Assembly (NCBI GenBank): GCA_963727445.1
Contig: CAVSGI010000010.1
Coordinates: 384,001 to 448,000 of the forward strand
Direction: 5' to 3'
Length of the DNA stretch: 64,000 nt
From: an uncultured delta proteobacterium
Lineage (GTDB): Bacteria; Myxococcota_A; Polyangia; Polyangiales; B10-G4
A model generated the notes under the pieces. That model was not told where the DNA came from, did not search any database, and saw nothing but the letters and a program-made list of their open reading frames with translations. The position numbers and the translations under genes were made by a program. This document shows positions 1-10,632 of this stretch, one piece after another (position 1 is the first letter of the stretch; each line of letters starts with the position of its first letter).

Positions 1-40
1 TCGCGAGCAAAGACTACCATCGGGTTCGAAGGGAATCAGT

Positions 41-856
41 TCAGGGGCTGCAGGGCGGAAACTGACCGGCGCCCGGGGCGTCGGCGTCGTCCAGAAGCGG
101 GATCCCCTCGTCCACGAGGGTGTCGCCGTAGACGTCGGTGATGCGGAAGGTGAAGGGACCTTCGCCCATCCCCGAGCTCTCGACGAAGTAGTTGTAGTCC
201 ACCCGCGCCACTTCCTGGAAAGACCCGTCGGCGGCGAGGTACTCGAAGCGCGCGATCGCGTGGCGATGATTTCGGATCTGCACCGCCGTCCACCACGGAT
301 TGCTGCCGTCCTTGAAGTGATAGACGACGGGCCCGCTGACGTCGCAGGGGACGTAGTGCCAGGTGATGGGGACGCGCCCCGCCGAGAGATCGGCGATGTG
401 AGAGAAGGCGTCTGGGCTCAGATCGATGTCGCCCTGCGGGCATTCGGGGCAGCGATCGACGATGCGCACCGTGACCACACCGCTCGGCCCGGTGATCTCT
501 GCGCAGCTCCCGCACACGGCGGAGCCGGCGTAATCCGTGTCGTTCATCGCCGCGACCATCAGGTCATCGGGCGTCGCCGGGAAGCTACAGTTCCCCGACC
601 CGTCCGCGAAGTCGTAGAAGGTCCCGTCGCCCGAATGCGTCTCGGGCGCGGCGCATGCGGTCGTCGTCCCACCGTCCGTCGGCAGCACTCCGCCATCGGG
701 CGCGGCGCCATCGCTCGGCCCACCGTCCGTCGCCGCGCCGTCGCTGCGTCCGATGCCGGTGTCTCCACCACCCACGCCCCCGTCGTCGCCGCAAGCCTGG
801 AGGCCCACGACCAGGACCGTCGCCAGCATCGCGAGTGTGGCAGGGTGTCGAAGCAC
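41..856 (-). CDS. Bacterial expansin (EXLX1-like) lipoprotein
   Basis: Lipobox LQAC, DGG-rich linker, DPBB motifs GDGTFY, GNCSF, CGSCAEITGP, IVDRCPEC, DIDLS, then CBM63-like KDGSNPWWTAVQIRNHR and DYNYF. Confidence 0.9.
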   Translation of the reverse strand: MLRHPATLAMLATVLVVGLQACGDDGGVGGGDTGIGRSDGAATDGGPSDGAAPDGGVLPTDGGTTTACAAPETHSGDGTFYDFADGSGNCSFPATPDDLMVAAMNDTDYAGSAVCGSCAEITGPSGVVTVRIVDRCPECPQGDIDLSPDAFSHIADLSAGRVPITWHYVPCDVSGPVVYHFKDGSNPWWTAVQIRNHRHAIARFEYLAADGSFQEVARVDYNYFVESSGMGEGPFTFRITDVYGDTLVDEGIPLLDDADAPGAGQFPPCSP

Positions 857-881
857 GATGTCTCGATGATAACCGAAGCAA

Positions 882-2004
882 TCAGGGCTCGCTCACGCCC
901 GCGCGCGTCTGCCCGACCCAGCGAAGCCAGTGATCGGCGAGCACCAGCGCCACCATCGCCTCCGCCATCGGGACGAAGCGCGGGAGCAGGCAGGGGTCGT
1001 GTCGGCCTTTGGTGGAGATGGTCGTCTCCTCGCCGCTCTGGTTCACGGTCTTCTGCGGCTTGGGGAGGCTGCTCGTCGGCTTAACCGCCGCGCGCAGCAC
1101 GATGGGCATGCCGCTCGAGATCCCGCCGAGCATGCCGCCGTGCCGGTTCGATTCGGTCACCACCCGGCCATCCTTCATCACGAAGGCGTCGTTGTTCTCG
1201 CTCCCCCGGAGCGTCGCGCAGCCAAAGCCCACGCCGTACTCCACGCCGAGCACGGCGGGCAGGCTGAAGAGCGCCTTGGCGAGGTCCGCCTTGAGCTTGT
1301 CGAAGACCGGCTCGCCGAGACCGGCCGGCACGCCCGACGCGCAGAATCTCCGCTACGCCGCCGATCGAGTCCTGCTCTTTGCGTACCTTCTCGATGAGCG
1401 CGACCATCTCGTCAGCGGCGGCGGGGTCCGGGCAACGCACCACGTTGGGCTCACCGTCCGGGAGCGACTCGACGGCGTCGAGGGTCACGGCGGCCGGCTC
1501 GGGCACCTCGGCGACCACGTCTCCCACCTGCACCACGTAGCCCACCACCCGGCCGCCGAAGGCTTGGGCGATGAGCTTCTTCGCCACCGCGCCCGCGGCC
1601 ACCCGCGCGACGGTCTCACGCGCGCTGGCGCGCCCGCCCCCGCGGTAGTCGCGGAAGCCGTACTTGTCGTCGAAGCTGCGGTCGGCGTGCCCGGGGCGGT
1701 ACTTGTCGGCGATGTCGGAGTAGTCGCGGGAGCGCTGGTCGACGTTGCGCACGAGGATCGCGATGGAGGTGCCCGTGGTGCGCCCTTCGAAGACGCCGCT
1801 CAAGATCTCGGGCGCATCGGGCTCTTTGCGCTGACTCACGATCTTGGACTGCCCTGGCCGTCGCCGCGCCAGATCCCCGGCGAGATCCCCGACGCTCAGG
1901 GGGATGCCTGGGGGGCAGCCATCGATGATGACTACGTTTCCGGGGCCATGAGACTCGCCGGCGGTGGTCACCACGAAGGCCTTCCCGAAGCTGGATCCCG
2001 GCAT
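882..2004 (-). CDS. aroC: Chorismate synthase, split by a +1 frameshift at 1344-1348 (probable sequencing error)
   Basis: [25 protein letters not shown] in ORF 1081..2013; [25 protein letters not shown] in ORF 882..1331; removing one base from GAATC joins them as [14 protein letters not shown]. Confidence 0.95.
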
Positions 2005-2084
2005 CGGGAGCATCCTCGCCCGACAGCCTCGTCTTGCGCAACTCGCCGGGTCCCCTCAGGATCCGTCTCCTTCGGGAGGACTCG

Positions 2085-3270
2085 ATGACTCGCTTCTTCA
2101 CTTTTCTGGGCGCGACCGCGCTCGCGTCCGTCGTTCTCGTCGGGTGCGGCGACGACTCGACGCCCGTCCCCTGCAGCGTTCCCTCGTCCGAGGCCTGCAC
2201 CTGTGACGACGGCGCGACCGGCGTCCGCATGTGCTTGCCGACCATGAGCTGGGGCGCGTGCGACTGCTCAGGCATCCCCGTGGACTCGGCGACGCCCGAC
2301 GCGTCGATGGACGCGGCTCCGGACGCCGTGGCCGACGCGGCGGCCGACTCGATGGTGCGCCTCGATGCAGGCGTGACCTGGCCCGCGACCCCCGACGACT
2401 ACACGCCCGGCGAGGTCTCGCGCATCGACTCCCTGACGATCCCGCCGCAACCGTCGAGCGGCGCGCCGGATTGCTGTCGCGACTTCGGGGCCATCTCCAA
2501 GGACAACGTCACCTCCGGCACCGACGAGATCGACAACGCCTTCTCCGCGCTCGCCGACGCCACCGTCGGCCTGGGTCTGGACCTGCAGGCGCTGCTCGAC
2601 AGCCGGCTCGCGTCCGGAGACCTCAACATCCTGCTCGATCACCAGGGCTTCGACGGCGACCCAGAATCCGGCCTTCATCCTCGCCGCGCTCGATGGCGTC
2701 CCCGACGGCTCCGGCGGCTACCTCATCAATCGGGCGACCTTCGTCCCCAGCACCGGGGAGCCGCGCTCCCTCTTCGAGCCGGCGGCCGTCTCCGGGGGCG
2801 CGCTCACCGCAGGACCCGGCGAGCTCACGCTCCAGCTGCCCTTCGCGGGCGTCAGCCTCGCCTACACCTTCAAGGACGTACGCATCGAGAGCACGGTCAC
2901 CGTCTCCGCCGGCGTGACCTACACCGCGGGCGAGATCAGCGGCTACCTCCCCGTCGACGACTACTTCGGTGGCATCAACGACTTCGTCGCGAGCTCGTGC
3001 AGCTGCCTCGGGCTCAGCGGACCGCTCTACGCCCGCTCGGGAACGATGTGGACCAATCAGTGCCAGGACCAGGCGGTGGTGGACGCCGCCTGTCCCTCCG
3101 ACCCGGCGTGCGCCGAGGTGGGCGCCGGGACCGACTGCACGGCGTCGCCGCTCCTCATCACCTCGCTCGCCGATCTCGACACCGATGCCAGCATGCCCGG
3201 CTACGACTCGCTGTCCCTGGGCCTGCGCTTCACCGCCGCTCCGGTGACGGTCAGCGGCGTCACGCCCTGA
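2085..3270 (+). CDS. Cys-containing hypothetical lipoprotein, frameshift at 2664-2668
   Basis: Signal peptide with VGC lipobox, Cys-rich N-terminus, DA-rich linker; GAATC to GATC restores DGDPDPAFILAALDG and joins ORF 2914..3270. Confidence 0.75.
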
Positions 3271-3271
3271 G

Positions 3272-3967
3272 TCAGAGTCGGCGCGGCTGGAGCTCGATCT
3301 CGGCGCGGAAAGCCGGGACGCCCGGCCCGTCGTCGCTCACCGTCACGCGGAGTCCGCGCCGGTCGAAACGCACCGTGGGATCACCGTCGGTGTGGGTGTA
3401 GCCGTCGTCGATCGCCGCCATCGGCTGTCCGTCCTCCACGTCGCATTCGACGTAGCCAGCGCCCTGGTCCGGGTCGGGATAGAGCACCAGGCCGTCGCAC
3501 ATCACCCGGATCATGCAGCTGAAGCGATAGGCCTGGATGGGGAGCACCCGGATGTCGCAGGTCGTGCCGGGCTCGAGGGCGGCGATCCCCTCCACGTGTG
3601 CGAGCTCGCCGACCTCGTACGTGGGGTTGAAGTGCATGGGGACGCCGCCGTCGCTCGGACCGAGCCAGCGCTCCATCGCCTCGACCTGGGGATCGGGCGC
3701 GTCCGGATCGCGGTAGGCCGCGGAGAGCCCCGGGTCGGTGTTGGGGTCGTAGATCTGGCTCCGCTCGTGGCGCGAGGCCCAGCGGTGGCGGCGGTGGTCG
3801 GTCCAATAGGGATCCTCGTGCGCGGTCGCGACCTCTGGTCGTCCGGCGTCGATGTCGGAGAGATCGATGACGAGGTAGAGCGCGAGCACACATGCACCCA
3901 CGATGAAGCCAACGAAGAGCCACACGGTGGGCCGGATCTGCTCTCGCTCACTCCCGCGGCTCCTCAT
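3272..3967 (-). CDS. Hypothetical membrane-anchored protein
   Basis: ATG at 3967, hydrophobic segment VWLFVGFIVGACVLALYLVI, globular C-terminus with 4 Cys; the upstream part of the listed ORF overlaps ligD and is spurious. Confidence 0.65.
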   Translation of the reverse strand: MRSRGSEREQIRPTVWLFVGFIVGACVLALYLVIDLSDIDAGRPEVATAHEDPYWTDHRRHRWASRHERSQIYDPNTDPGLSAAYRDPDAPDPQVEAMERWLGPSDGGVPMHFNPTYEVGELAHVEGIAALEPGTTCDIRVLPIQAYRFSCMIRVMCDGLVLYPDPDQGAGYVECDVEDGQPMAAIDDGYTHTDGDPTVRFDRRGLRVTVSDDGPGVPAFRAEIELQPRRL

Positions 3968-4068
3968 CGCCCTTCCATCTCCATCGAACGCTCGCGATCC
4001 CCCCGATGTTCCTTCGGCATGGATGTGGGACGCGGGAGAAGGGCAAAAGTTCCCTCTCCAGACGTTCG

Positions 4069-6684
4069 TCAGGCGATGAAAGCGCGCAAGGCCTCGATGG
4101 CGGCGGCGATGTCGACCCCGACGTCGAGGAGCCCGGCCATGGGATCGCCGACCTTCGCCACACGCTCGGGGACGGTGAAGATGTCGAAGGCCCGGGGGTC
4201 GAGGGCGAAGCTCACCTCGTCCCAGCTGAGCGGCGTCGAGACGGTCGCGCCTGGCCGGGCCCGTACGCTGTAGGGCGCCACGATGGTCCGCGACGGACCG
4301 ATCTGACCCACGTCGACGTAGACCTTCCCCGCCCGCGTCTCCTTGTTGCGATTCATGGTCGCGATGTCGCGGTGGCGTGACAGCAGGATGCGGCCCAGCA
4401 CCTCGCCCAGCATCTTGGCGGTGGGCCAGGCCACGCCCTCGCCGACGGGAACGAAGACGTGGAGCCCGCTCTGCCCCGAGGTCTTCGGGAAGCTCGGCAG
4501 CCCGATCTCCTCGAGGATCTCGTGCAGGGTGCGGGCGAGGGTGATGGCGTCGCGGAGCGGCCGTTCCTCGAGATCGAAATCGATGGTGACGAAGTCCGCC
4601 AGATCGAGCCGCCCTTTGCGTCCACCGAGGATGTGCACCGGGATGCAGCCGAGGTTCGCGATGTAGAGGAGGGTGTCGAGGTCGTCCACCAGGAAGCAGG
4701 TGACGTCCTTGTCCTCCTCTTCGCTCTTGATCGGCAGGGAGCGAACCCAGCTCGGCGCGCGCCACGGTACCCGCCACTGATAGAAGTTCTTGCCCCGGAT
4801 CCCGTCGGGGTAGCGCACCAGCATCACGGGCCGATCCGAAAGGTACGGCAGGATCGTCGGAGCCATCGCCTCGTAGTAATCGCAGAGGTCCCCCTTGGTG
4901 TATCCCTCCTCGGGCCAGAAGACCTTGTTCTGGTTCGTCAGCTGAACGCGGTGGCGGCCGGCGAGACGGGTGTCCGGCTTGTCCTGCTTGCGCGGGGTGT
5001 CCTCGATCGCCTCGGCCAGATCATCGGCGAGGCGCGGCGCGGCGGTGCAATCGTCCATCGGCACGTCCTCACGCACGCCGCGAAAGACCGGGAAGCGCAA
5101 CACTCCGTCCTCGCTCCACCCGAGATAGCGGACGTTGACCACGATCTCGGGTTTGACGTGAACGCGGCCCGCCTTCTTCGGCCCGTAGGTGCCCGCCGCC
5201 TGAGGCTTCTTCCGCTTCAGCTTTTCGAGGCGCGGCAGGAGCGTGGCGATGGTGGCCTCATCGAGGCCGCTCCCGGCTTTGCCGCGCACCGTCAGTACTC
5301 CGTGCTCGTCGAAGGTCGCGAGGTCGAGGGCGCCGAGGTCCTTCCGCCCGCCTTCCCCCTTCGTGTAGCCGACCACCACGAAGTCCGCTTCGCGTTCGGT
5401 CTTGATCTTCACCCAATCGGGGTAGCGGGTCGGCCCCTCCATGTACTTGGAGGCGCCGCGCTTGGCGACGACGCCCTCGAGGCCCTGCTCGAGGCAGAAG
5501 TCGTAGAGCGCGCGACCCGAGTCCTCGATGTGGTCGAGGACCCGGACCCATCCGCCGCCGCGCACGATCTCGCCGAGGAGCTCTTTTCGTGCCGTGAGCG
5601 GGAGCCGCGTGAGGTCGTAATCGCCGGCCTGAAGGACGTCGAAGACCAGGTAACGCACCGGGACGGCGTCCACCACGAAGGAGACGTCCCCGCGCCTGCG
5701 GGCGTGGATCCGCTGGCCGAGGCGCTGGAAGTTCGGCTTGCCCTTCTCGTCGAAGGCGACGACCTCGCCGTCGAGGAGCACGCGCTCGATGGGCAGGGCG
5801 CGAATGGCTCTGACGATCTCCGGGTAGCTCGAGGTCGCCGGGCGTCCCGTGCGGTAGCTGAGCCGCACCGAGTCGCCGCGCTTGTCGGCGAGGATCCGAA
5901 CCCCGTCGATCTTGAGCTCGTAGAGCCAGCCCTTCGCGTCGAGGTCCGGCTCTTCGAGACTGCAGAGCATGGGCGAGACGCGGCGGCCTTCCTTGCCCTT
6001 GCTCTTCTTCGCGCCCAGCTCCTCCGCTGCGGCCTCGACGGCCTCGCCCACGTCGAGGCTCTCGGCACGCTCGTCCACAGTCAGGCCCGACAGGACGCTC
6101 CACCGCGCATCGGCGACGACGTCCGAGCCCGGCTTGGAGAAGCCGTCCTCCTTCTTGAGGAGCAACCACTCGAAGGGCTTTCCGTCCTTGCGCGGCGGCT
6201 TGGGACCCTGCCCGCGCGGATTGGTCCGCACGAGCGCGAAGCGGCCACCGAGCTTGAAGCCGTCGAGGATGAAGTCGAGCTTGCCGTTGTCAATCTGCTC
6301 TTCGGCCGCGGCCTCTGGGTAGATGACCCGCCCCTGATCCCACACGATCATCGCACCCGCGCCGTAGTTGCCCTTGGGGATCACGTCCTCGAAGTCGAGG
6401 TAGCCCATCGGGTGGTTCTCGGTCTGAATCGCTAGACGCTTCTGTTTGGGGTCGAGGCTCGGGCCTTTGGGAACGGCGAAGCTGGTGAGCACGCCCCCGA
6501 CTTCGAGGCGCAGGTCGAAGTGGAGGTTCCGCGCGGCGTGGCAATGCACCACGAACGCACCGCGGCGCGTCGCCCCAGTGCTGTGCAAGGGTTCAGCTCC
6601 GAAGGGCTCGTTCGTCGCCCCGGGATCGCGTTTGTCCCGATAGGTATCGAGCGAGCGCTTCGTTTCTCCCCGTCTCTTGGCCAA
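4069..6684 (-). CDS. ligD: NHEJ DNA ligase D (phosphoesterase-ligase-polymerase order)
   Basis: PE domain HAARNLHFDLRLE and VPKGPS; ligase ELKIDGVR, EGVVAKR, WVKIK; polymerase VRYPDGI, DFDLE, KTSGQSGLH. Confidence 0.97.
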   Translation of the reverse strand: MAKRRGETKRSLDTYRDKRDPGATNEPFGAEPLHSTGATRRGAFVVHCHAARNLHFDLRLEVGGVLTSFAVPKGPSLDPKQKRLAIQTENHPMGYLDFEDVIPKGNYGAGAMIVWDQGRVIYPEAAAEEQIDNGKLDFILDGFKLGGRFALVRTNPRGQGPKPPRKDGKPFEWLLLKKEDGFSKPGSDVVADARWSVLSGLTVDERAESLDVGEAVEAAAEELGAKKSKGKEGRRVSPMLCSLEEPDLDAKGWLYELKIDGVRILADKRGDSVRLSYRTGRPATSSYPEIVRAIRALPIERVLLDGEVVAFDEKGKPNFQRLGQRIHARRRGDVSFVVDAVPVRYLVFDVLQAGDYDLTRLPLTARKELLGEIVRGGGWVRVLDHIEDSGRALYDFCLEQGLEGVVAKRGASKYMEGPTRYPDWVKIKTEREADFVVVGYTKGEGGRKDLGALDLATFDEHGVLTVRGKAGSGLDEATIATLLPRLEKLKRKKPQAAGTYGPKKAGRVHVKPEIVVNVRYLGWSEDGVLRFPVFRGVREDVPMDDCTAAPRLADDLAEAIEDTPRKQDKPDTRLAGRHRVQLTNQNKVFWPEEGYTKGDLCDYYEAMAPTILPYLSDRPVMLVRYPDGIRGKNFYQWRVPWRAPSWVRSLPIKSEEEDKDVTCFLVDDLDTLLYIANLGCIPVHILGGRKGRLDLADFVTIDFDLEERPLRDAITLARTLHEILEEIGLPSFPKTSGQSGLHVFVPVGEGVAWPTAKMLGEVLGRILLSRHRDIATMNRNKETRAGKVYVDVGQIGPSRTIVAPYSVRARPGATVSTPLSWDEVSFALDPRAFDIFTVPERVAKVGDPMAGLLDVGVDIAAAIEALRAFIA

Positions 6685-6713
6685 CGCGCGCTTCCCTGAT
6701 CTAGAATTTCCCC

Positions 6714-7608
6714 ATGGCCCCTCGCGCGATCTCCTCCGTGACCATCTCCTTCGGCCTCGTTTCGATCCCGGTCAAGGTCTACACCGCGGCATCTTCTCAG
6801 AGCGTCCGCTTCAACATGTTGCACGAAAAGTGCGGGGGGCGGATCAAGCAGCAGCTCTACTGCCCCGTCGACGACGAGGTGATCCAGCGCTCGGACACGG
6901 TGAAGGGCTACGAGTACGCCAAAGGCCAGTACGTCCAGTTCAGCCCGGACGAGCTCAAGACGCTTGAGGCCGAGAAGTCCTCGACCCTCGACATCGTCGA
7001 GTTCGTGCCGGAGGACTCGGTGGACATGGTTCAGGTCGAGAAGAGCTACTACCTCGGCCCGGACAAGGGCGGGCAGAAGGCCTACAAGCTCATCAGCGGC
7101 GCCATGGAGCGCACTGGCAAGCTCGCTGTCGGCCGCTGGATGACGCGGGGCAAGTCCCAGCTCGTGCTGCTCCGGCCCTACAAGGAGGGCCTGCTGCTGC
7201 ATCAGGTCTACTACGCCGACGAGGTCCGGGCCTTCGACGACATCGACGTCGGCGACGAGGTGTCGTTCAAGCCAGGCGAGCCGGAGCTCGCCGATCAGCT
7301 CATCGAGCAGCTCGCCGCCGACACCTTCGAGCCGGAGAAGTACAAGGACGAGTACCGCGAGCGCGTCCTCGCCGCGGTCGAGGCCAAGGTCGCCGGTCAG
7401 GAGATCACCGCTGCGCCCGAGCAGCCGGTCGCGCAGAATCGTCGACCTCTTCGACGCGCTCAAGGCCAGCCTCGGGCCGGCAAAGGCGGGCGCGAAGAAG
7501 GGCACGACGAAGGTCGCCGCCTCGAAAAAGAGCAAGTCGACCAAGAAGGGCCCAAAGAAGGCCACGCCGAAGAAGTCTGCTTCGAAGAAGAAGAAGGCCG
7601 CCGGCTGA
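6714..7608 (+). CDS. ku: Ku protein with Lys-rich C-terminal tail, frameshift at 7436-7440
   Basis: ISFGLVSIPVKVY, VKGYEYAKGQYV, YYADEVR, FEPEKYKDEY; GAATC to GATC restores AQIVDLFDALKASL followed by a K-rich tail ending TGA 7606-7608. Confidence 0.95.
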
Positions 7609-7973
7609 TGCACCTTTCGATTTGTTCGTCCTGCAACCGACACGTCCGAAGCACCGAATCCGATTGCCCGTTCTGTGGCGAAGCGGTCGCCGCGAGCGCT
7701 GCGCCGACGCGGATCCCGCGCCACCTCGGCCGGGCGGCGCGCGTCGCGTGGGCGGCGGCGTTGGTCGGGGTGGGCGCGGCATGTAACGCGAGCGACGAGG
7801 CGCCACCCCCGCCGCCGCCGCCACCCGAGACTCACGAAGCGCCTCCCCCGCCGCCTCCTCCGCCTCCCCCCGACGAGGACCTCATGGTCCCGGCCTACGG
7901 CGGACCGCCCCCGGAGCAGCTCGAGCCACCGCCGCCGCCGCCGCCCTCCGACGAGGCGCCGCCAAGCGAATAG
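7608..7973 (+). CDS. Small myxobacterial protein: CxxC...CPFC, hydrophobic segment, Pro-rich tail with PAYGGPP
   Basis: ATG overlaps the corrected ku stop (TGATG); MHLSICSSCNRHVRSTESDCPFCG...GAAC...MVPAYGGPPP. Confidence 0.8.
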   Translation: MHLSICSSCNRHVRSTESDCPFCGEAVAASAAPTRIPRHLGRAARVAWAAALVGVGAACNASDEAPPPPPPPPETHEAPPPPPPPPPPDEDLMVPAYGGPPPEQLEPPPPPPPSDEAPPSE

Positions 7974-7999
7974 GGAGCGGGTAGGGCGCAGAGGGCGCC

Positions 8000-9691
8000 T
8001 CACGCGAGCGAGCCGTGCACCAGCGCGCCGCCCACCCAGGTGGCGCGCACCCGCGCTCTCGCGAGGCTGTCCTCGTCGAGGCGCCGATCGATGACTACGG
8101 CGTCGGCGCGCTTGCCTTCTTCGAGCGTGCCGGCGCGGTCGCCGACGCCCGCGACCTCCGCCGCCACCCGCGTGTAGGCGGCGAGCGCCTCGAGAAGGGT
8201 CATGCGCTGCTCTGGCTCGAAGGCGTCGCCGTGCGCCGTTCGCCGCGAGACCGCCGCGCGGATCCCGTCGAGAGGATCGAATCCGTGCACCGGGTAGTCG
8301 GAGCTCGCCGCCATGGTCACTCCCGCGTCCAGGAGCCAGCGATGGGCGAGGTTGGCGATGCCCGGGATGGAGGCGGCGCTCGCATAGGTCGGGAGCGTCA
8401 CGAGGTTCGGCTGCGTGACCACCGCAGCGCCGATGCCGGCGAGGCGGCGCACCAGCGCCTCGTCGACGAAGGTGGCGTGCTCGATGCGGGCCCGGGCGAC
8501 GTCGTGGAGGCGCGCCCCCTGCTTTTCGTAGGCGCCACAGGCGATGGCGACGGCGTCGTTGCCGATGGCGTGGGTCGCCACGGCGTGACCCCGGTCGATG
8601 ATGCCCGCCACCACCCGCGCGGCGTCTTCGGCTCGGTAGATGGCGATGCCAGAGCGGATCTGCGCGCCCAGGCGGGGGGCCACGGAGAAGGTGGCGCGCA
8701 CCGGATCGAGGGAGCGCTGCCGATAGGCCAGAGACCAGGTGTTGATCATCGCGCCGAAGGTCTGCCACCAGCCCAGGCACAGCGAACAGCCGGGCGCGCC
8801 GTCGAAGACGAGCTTGATCGGACCGAAGCTCAAACGGCCCTCCTCCTCGCCGGCCGGCGGGAGCTCGAGCGCGTCCCACGGCTCCTCGAGCCACCCCGTG
8901 ACCGACACGGGCATGAGGGTGAAGCCGCCGACGAGGATCCCGCGCTGGTTCGCTTCGCGATAGAGGGCGACCAGATCCGTCGGGACCGTGGCGTCGGCGA
9001 TGTGGGTGATGCCGGCGGCGAGGAGCGCGCGTTGGTGCGCTTCGAGCTGTCGGAAGAAGCGCTCGGCGTCGCGCGCGATCAGCGCCGCGCGCGCCAGCGA
9101 CTCCACCCGGCTCATTCCACGCTCGATCAAGAGCCCGCTCGGCACCCCGCCCAGACCGCGCTCGATGTACCCCCCGTCCGGGTCCGGCGTGTGGTGGTCG
9201 ATGCCAGCGAGCGCAAGGGCGCGGCTGTTGGCCACGCCGCGATGGCAGCTGTAGTGCATGGCGAAGAGCGGGTGGTTCGGCAGCGCCTGGTCGAGCTCGT
9301 CCCGCGTCGGAGGACGTCGCTCGGCCAGCCGCATCTCGTCCCACTCGGTCGCCATGACCCACTCACCGGCGTCGATGCCCGCGGCGCTCTCGGCGAGGGT
9401 CCTCTGGAGCGAAGCGATGTCCGTCACCTCGGGCGGCGTGAGGCGGGTGAGCCCACCCCAGAGCGCGGCGAGGGAGGCGTGGTGGTGTGGGTCGACGAAG
9501 CCCGGCAGTATCGTCGCGTCTACGACCGTGGTCAGGAGCTCCTCGTCGCGTTCCGCGCTCGCCGCTTCGAGCGCGGCCCGCGCGCCCACGCCGGCCACGC
9601 GTCCATCACGAAAGAGCACGGCCTCCGCCCGCGTGTCGGCTGGGTCCATCACGCGAACGTCACCGACCAGCAGGTGGGGCTCGTCGCTCAC
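8000..9691 (-). CDS. Amidohydrolase family 3 (YtcJ-like) protein
   Basis: LPGFVDPHHH, KLVFDG, THAIGN, RIEHA, SSDYPV, GTLEEGKRAD. Confidence 0.9.
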   Translation of the reverse strand: MSDEPHLLVGDVRVMDPADTRAEAVLFRDGRVAGVGARAALEAASAERDEELLTTVVDATILPGFVDPHHHASLAALWGGLTRLTPPEVTDIASLQRTLAESAAGIDAGEWVMATEWDEMRLAERRPPTRDELDQALPNHPLFAMHYSCHRGVANSRALALAGIDHHTPDPDGGYIERGLGGVPSGLLIERGMSRVESLARAALIARDAERFFRQLEAHQRALLAAGITHIADATVPTDLVALYREANQRGILVGGFTLMPVSVTGWLEEPWDALELPPAGEEEGRLSFGPIKLVFDGAPGCSLCLGWWQTFGAMINTWSLAYRQRSLDPVRATFSVAPRLGAQIRSGIAIYRAEDAARVVAGIIDRGHAVATHAIGNDAVAIACGAYEKQGARLHDVARARIEHATFVDEALVRRLAGIGAAVVTQPNLVTLPTYASAASIPGIANLAHRWLLDAGVTMAASSDYPVHGFDPLDGIRAAVSRRTAHGDAFEPEQRMTLLEALAAYTRVAAEVAGVGDRAGTLEEGKRADAVVIDRRLDEDSLARARVRATWVGGALVHGSLA

Positions 9692-9699
9692 GAGTTAGT

Positions 9700-10588
9700 C
9701 TAAGGTGTGAAATCGGCGGAGGTGCGCGGCATGATCCGGCGATTGTCGTAGCGATAGGATGTGACGCCGGTGATCCCGAGATTCGCCGATGTGCGAGAGC
9801 CAGTCGGCGGACTCGTAGACGTAGTCGGCGACCAGGACGCTGTTTGACGTCGAGGAGACCTGCCAGACGTCGGTGTCGGTACACGCCGGGTTGTCCGCGG
9901 TGCAGTCGTAGAACGAAAGATAGGTGGAGGCGTCGGTGATGTGCACCAGCACGCCCTCGTAGGCTTCGGAGGCCGCCATGGCGACGGTCACGTTCGTCGG
10001 GACGATCGGCGTCCCTGCGCCGAGGCGGGTGATGGTGGCCGACTCGATCTCGGTGTCGCCGTAGTACTCCATGTAGGTGCCCGTGACATCGACGCGATCG
10101 CCGACGGAGACGGTGGGGGCGGTGCCCTCGTACACCTTCACCCCGGAATAGGTGGGGCCGAGACTCGGGTCCTGCACCCAGGCGCCGCCGCTGTAGAGCG
10201 CGGTGACGATGACGCCGCTGAAAGTGACGGTGGTGCCTTCCGCGACGCGGCCACGCTGCACGTCCTCGATGGTGACGGCGGGGGTGCCGGTGTCCATCGG
10301 CACGACCGTGGTGTCGGGCACGGAGCTGTCGACCGGGGGCGTGCCAGTGTCCATCGGCACCACGGTGGTGTCGGGCGCGGAGCTGTCGACCGGGGGTGTG
10401 CTGGTGTCCATCACGCTGCCGTCCGTGGGGGGCGCATCGGCGGTTGCGTCCGGGATTGCGGAGTCGACGGTCACCGAGGTGTCGTTGGGAAGCTCGGCAT
10501 CCCCGGCGACGCGACGACGGCCCCCGCCGCCGTTGCACGCCCCGAGGAGGGGCACCACCAGAATGAAAGCGAGGAGGAGACGCACCAT
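9700..10588 (-). CDS. Lipoprotein with probable OB-fold module, frameshift at 9780-9784
   Basis: LGAC lipobox, Thr/Asp/Pro repeat linker, GVIVTA...WVQD...SGVKVY...VGDRVDVTGTYMEYYGDTEI, EAYEGVLV; the corrected C-terminus GITGVTSYRYDNRRIMPRTSADF ends at TAG 9700. Confidence 0.75.
10284..10412. repeat. Intragenic tandem repeat, 57-bp unit (MDTGTPPVDSSVPDTTVVP), about 2.3 copies
   Basis: gtgtccatcggcac...ggagctgtcgaccgggg recurs at a 57-bp period. Confidence 0.85.
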
Positions 10589-10632
10589 GCCGCCGATTCT
10601 ACGTCGGCCATCGCCTCGGCTTCCCCTGAATT

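Noticed and set aside
20..35. GGTTCGAA resembling a tRNA T-loop
   Set aside because: No T-stem pairing or cloverleaf context visible; lies at the window edge
6714..7973. Apparent 419-aa Ku fused to a Zn-ribbon/Pro-rich domain
   Set aside because: Produced by the +1 base at 7436-7440; correction gives a normal Ku ending at 7608 and a separate gene
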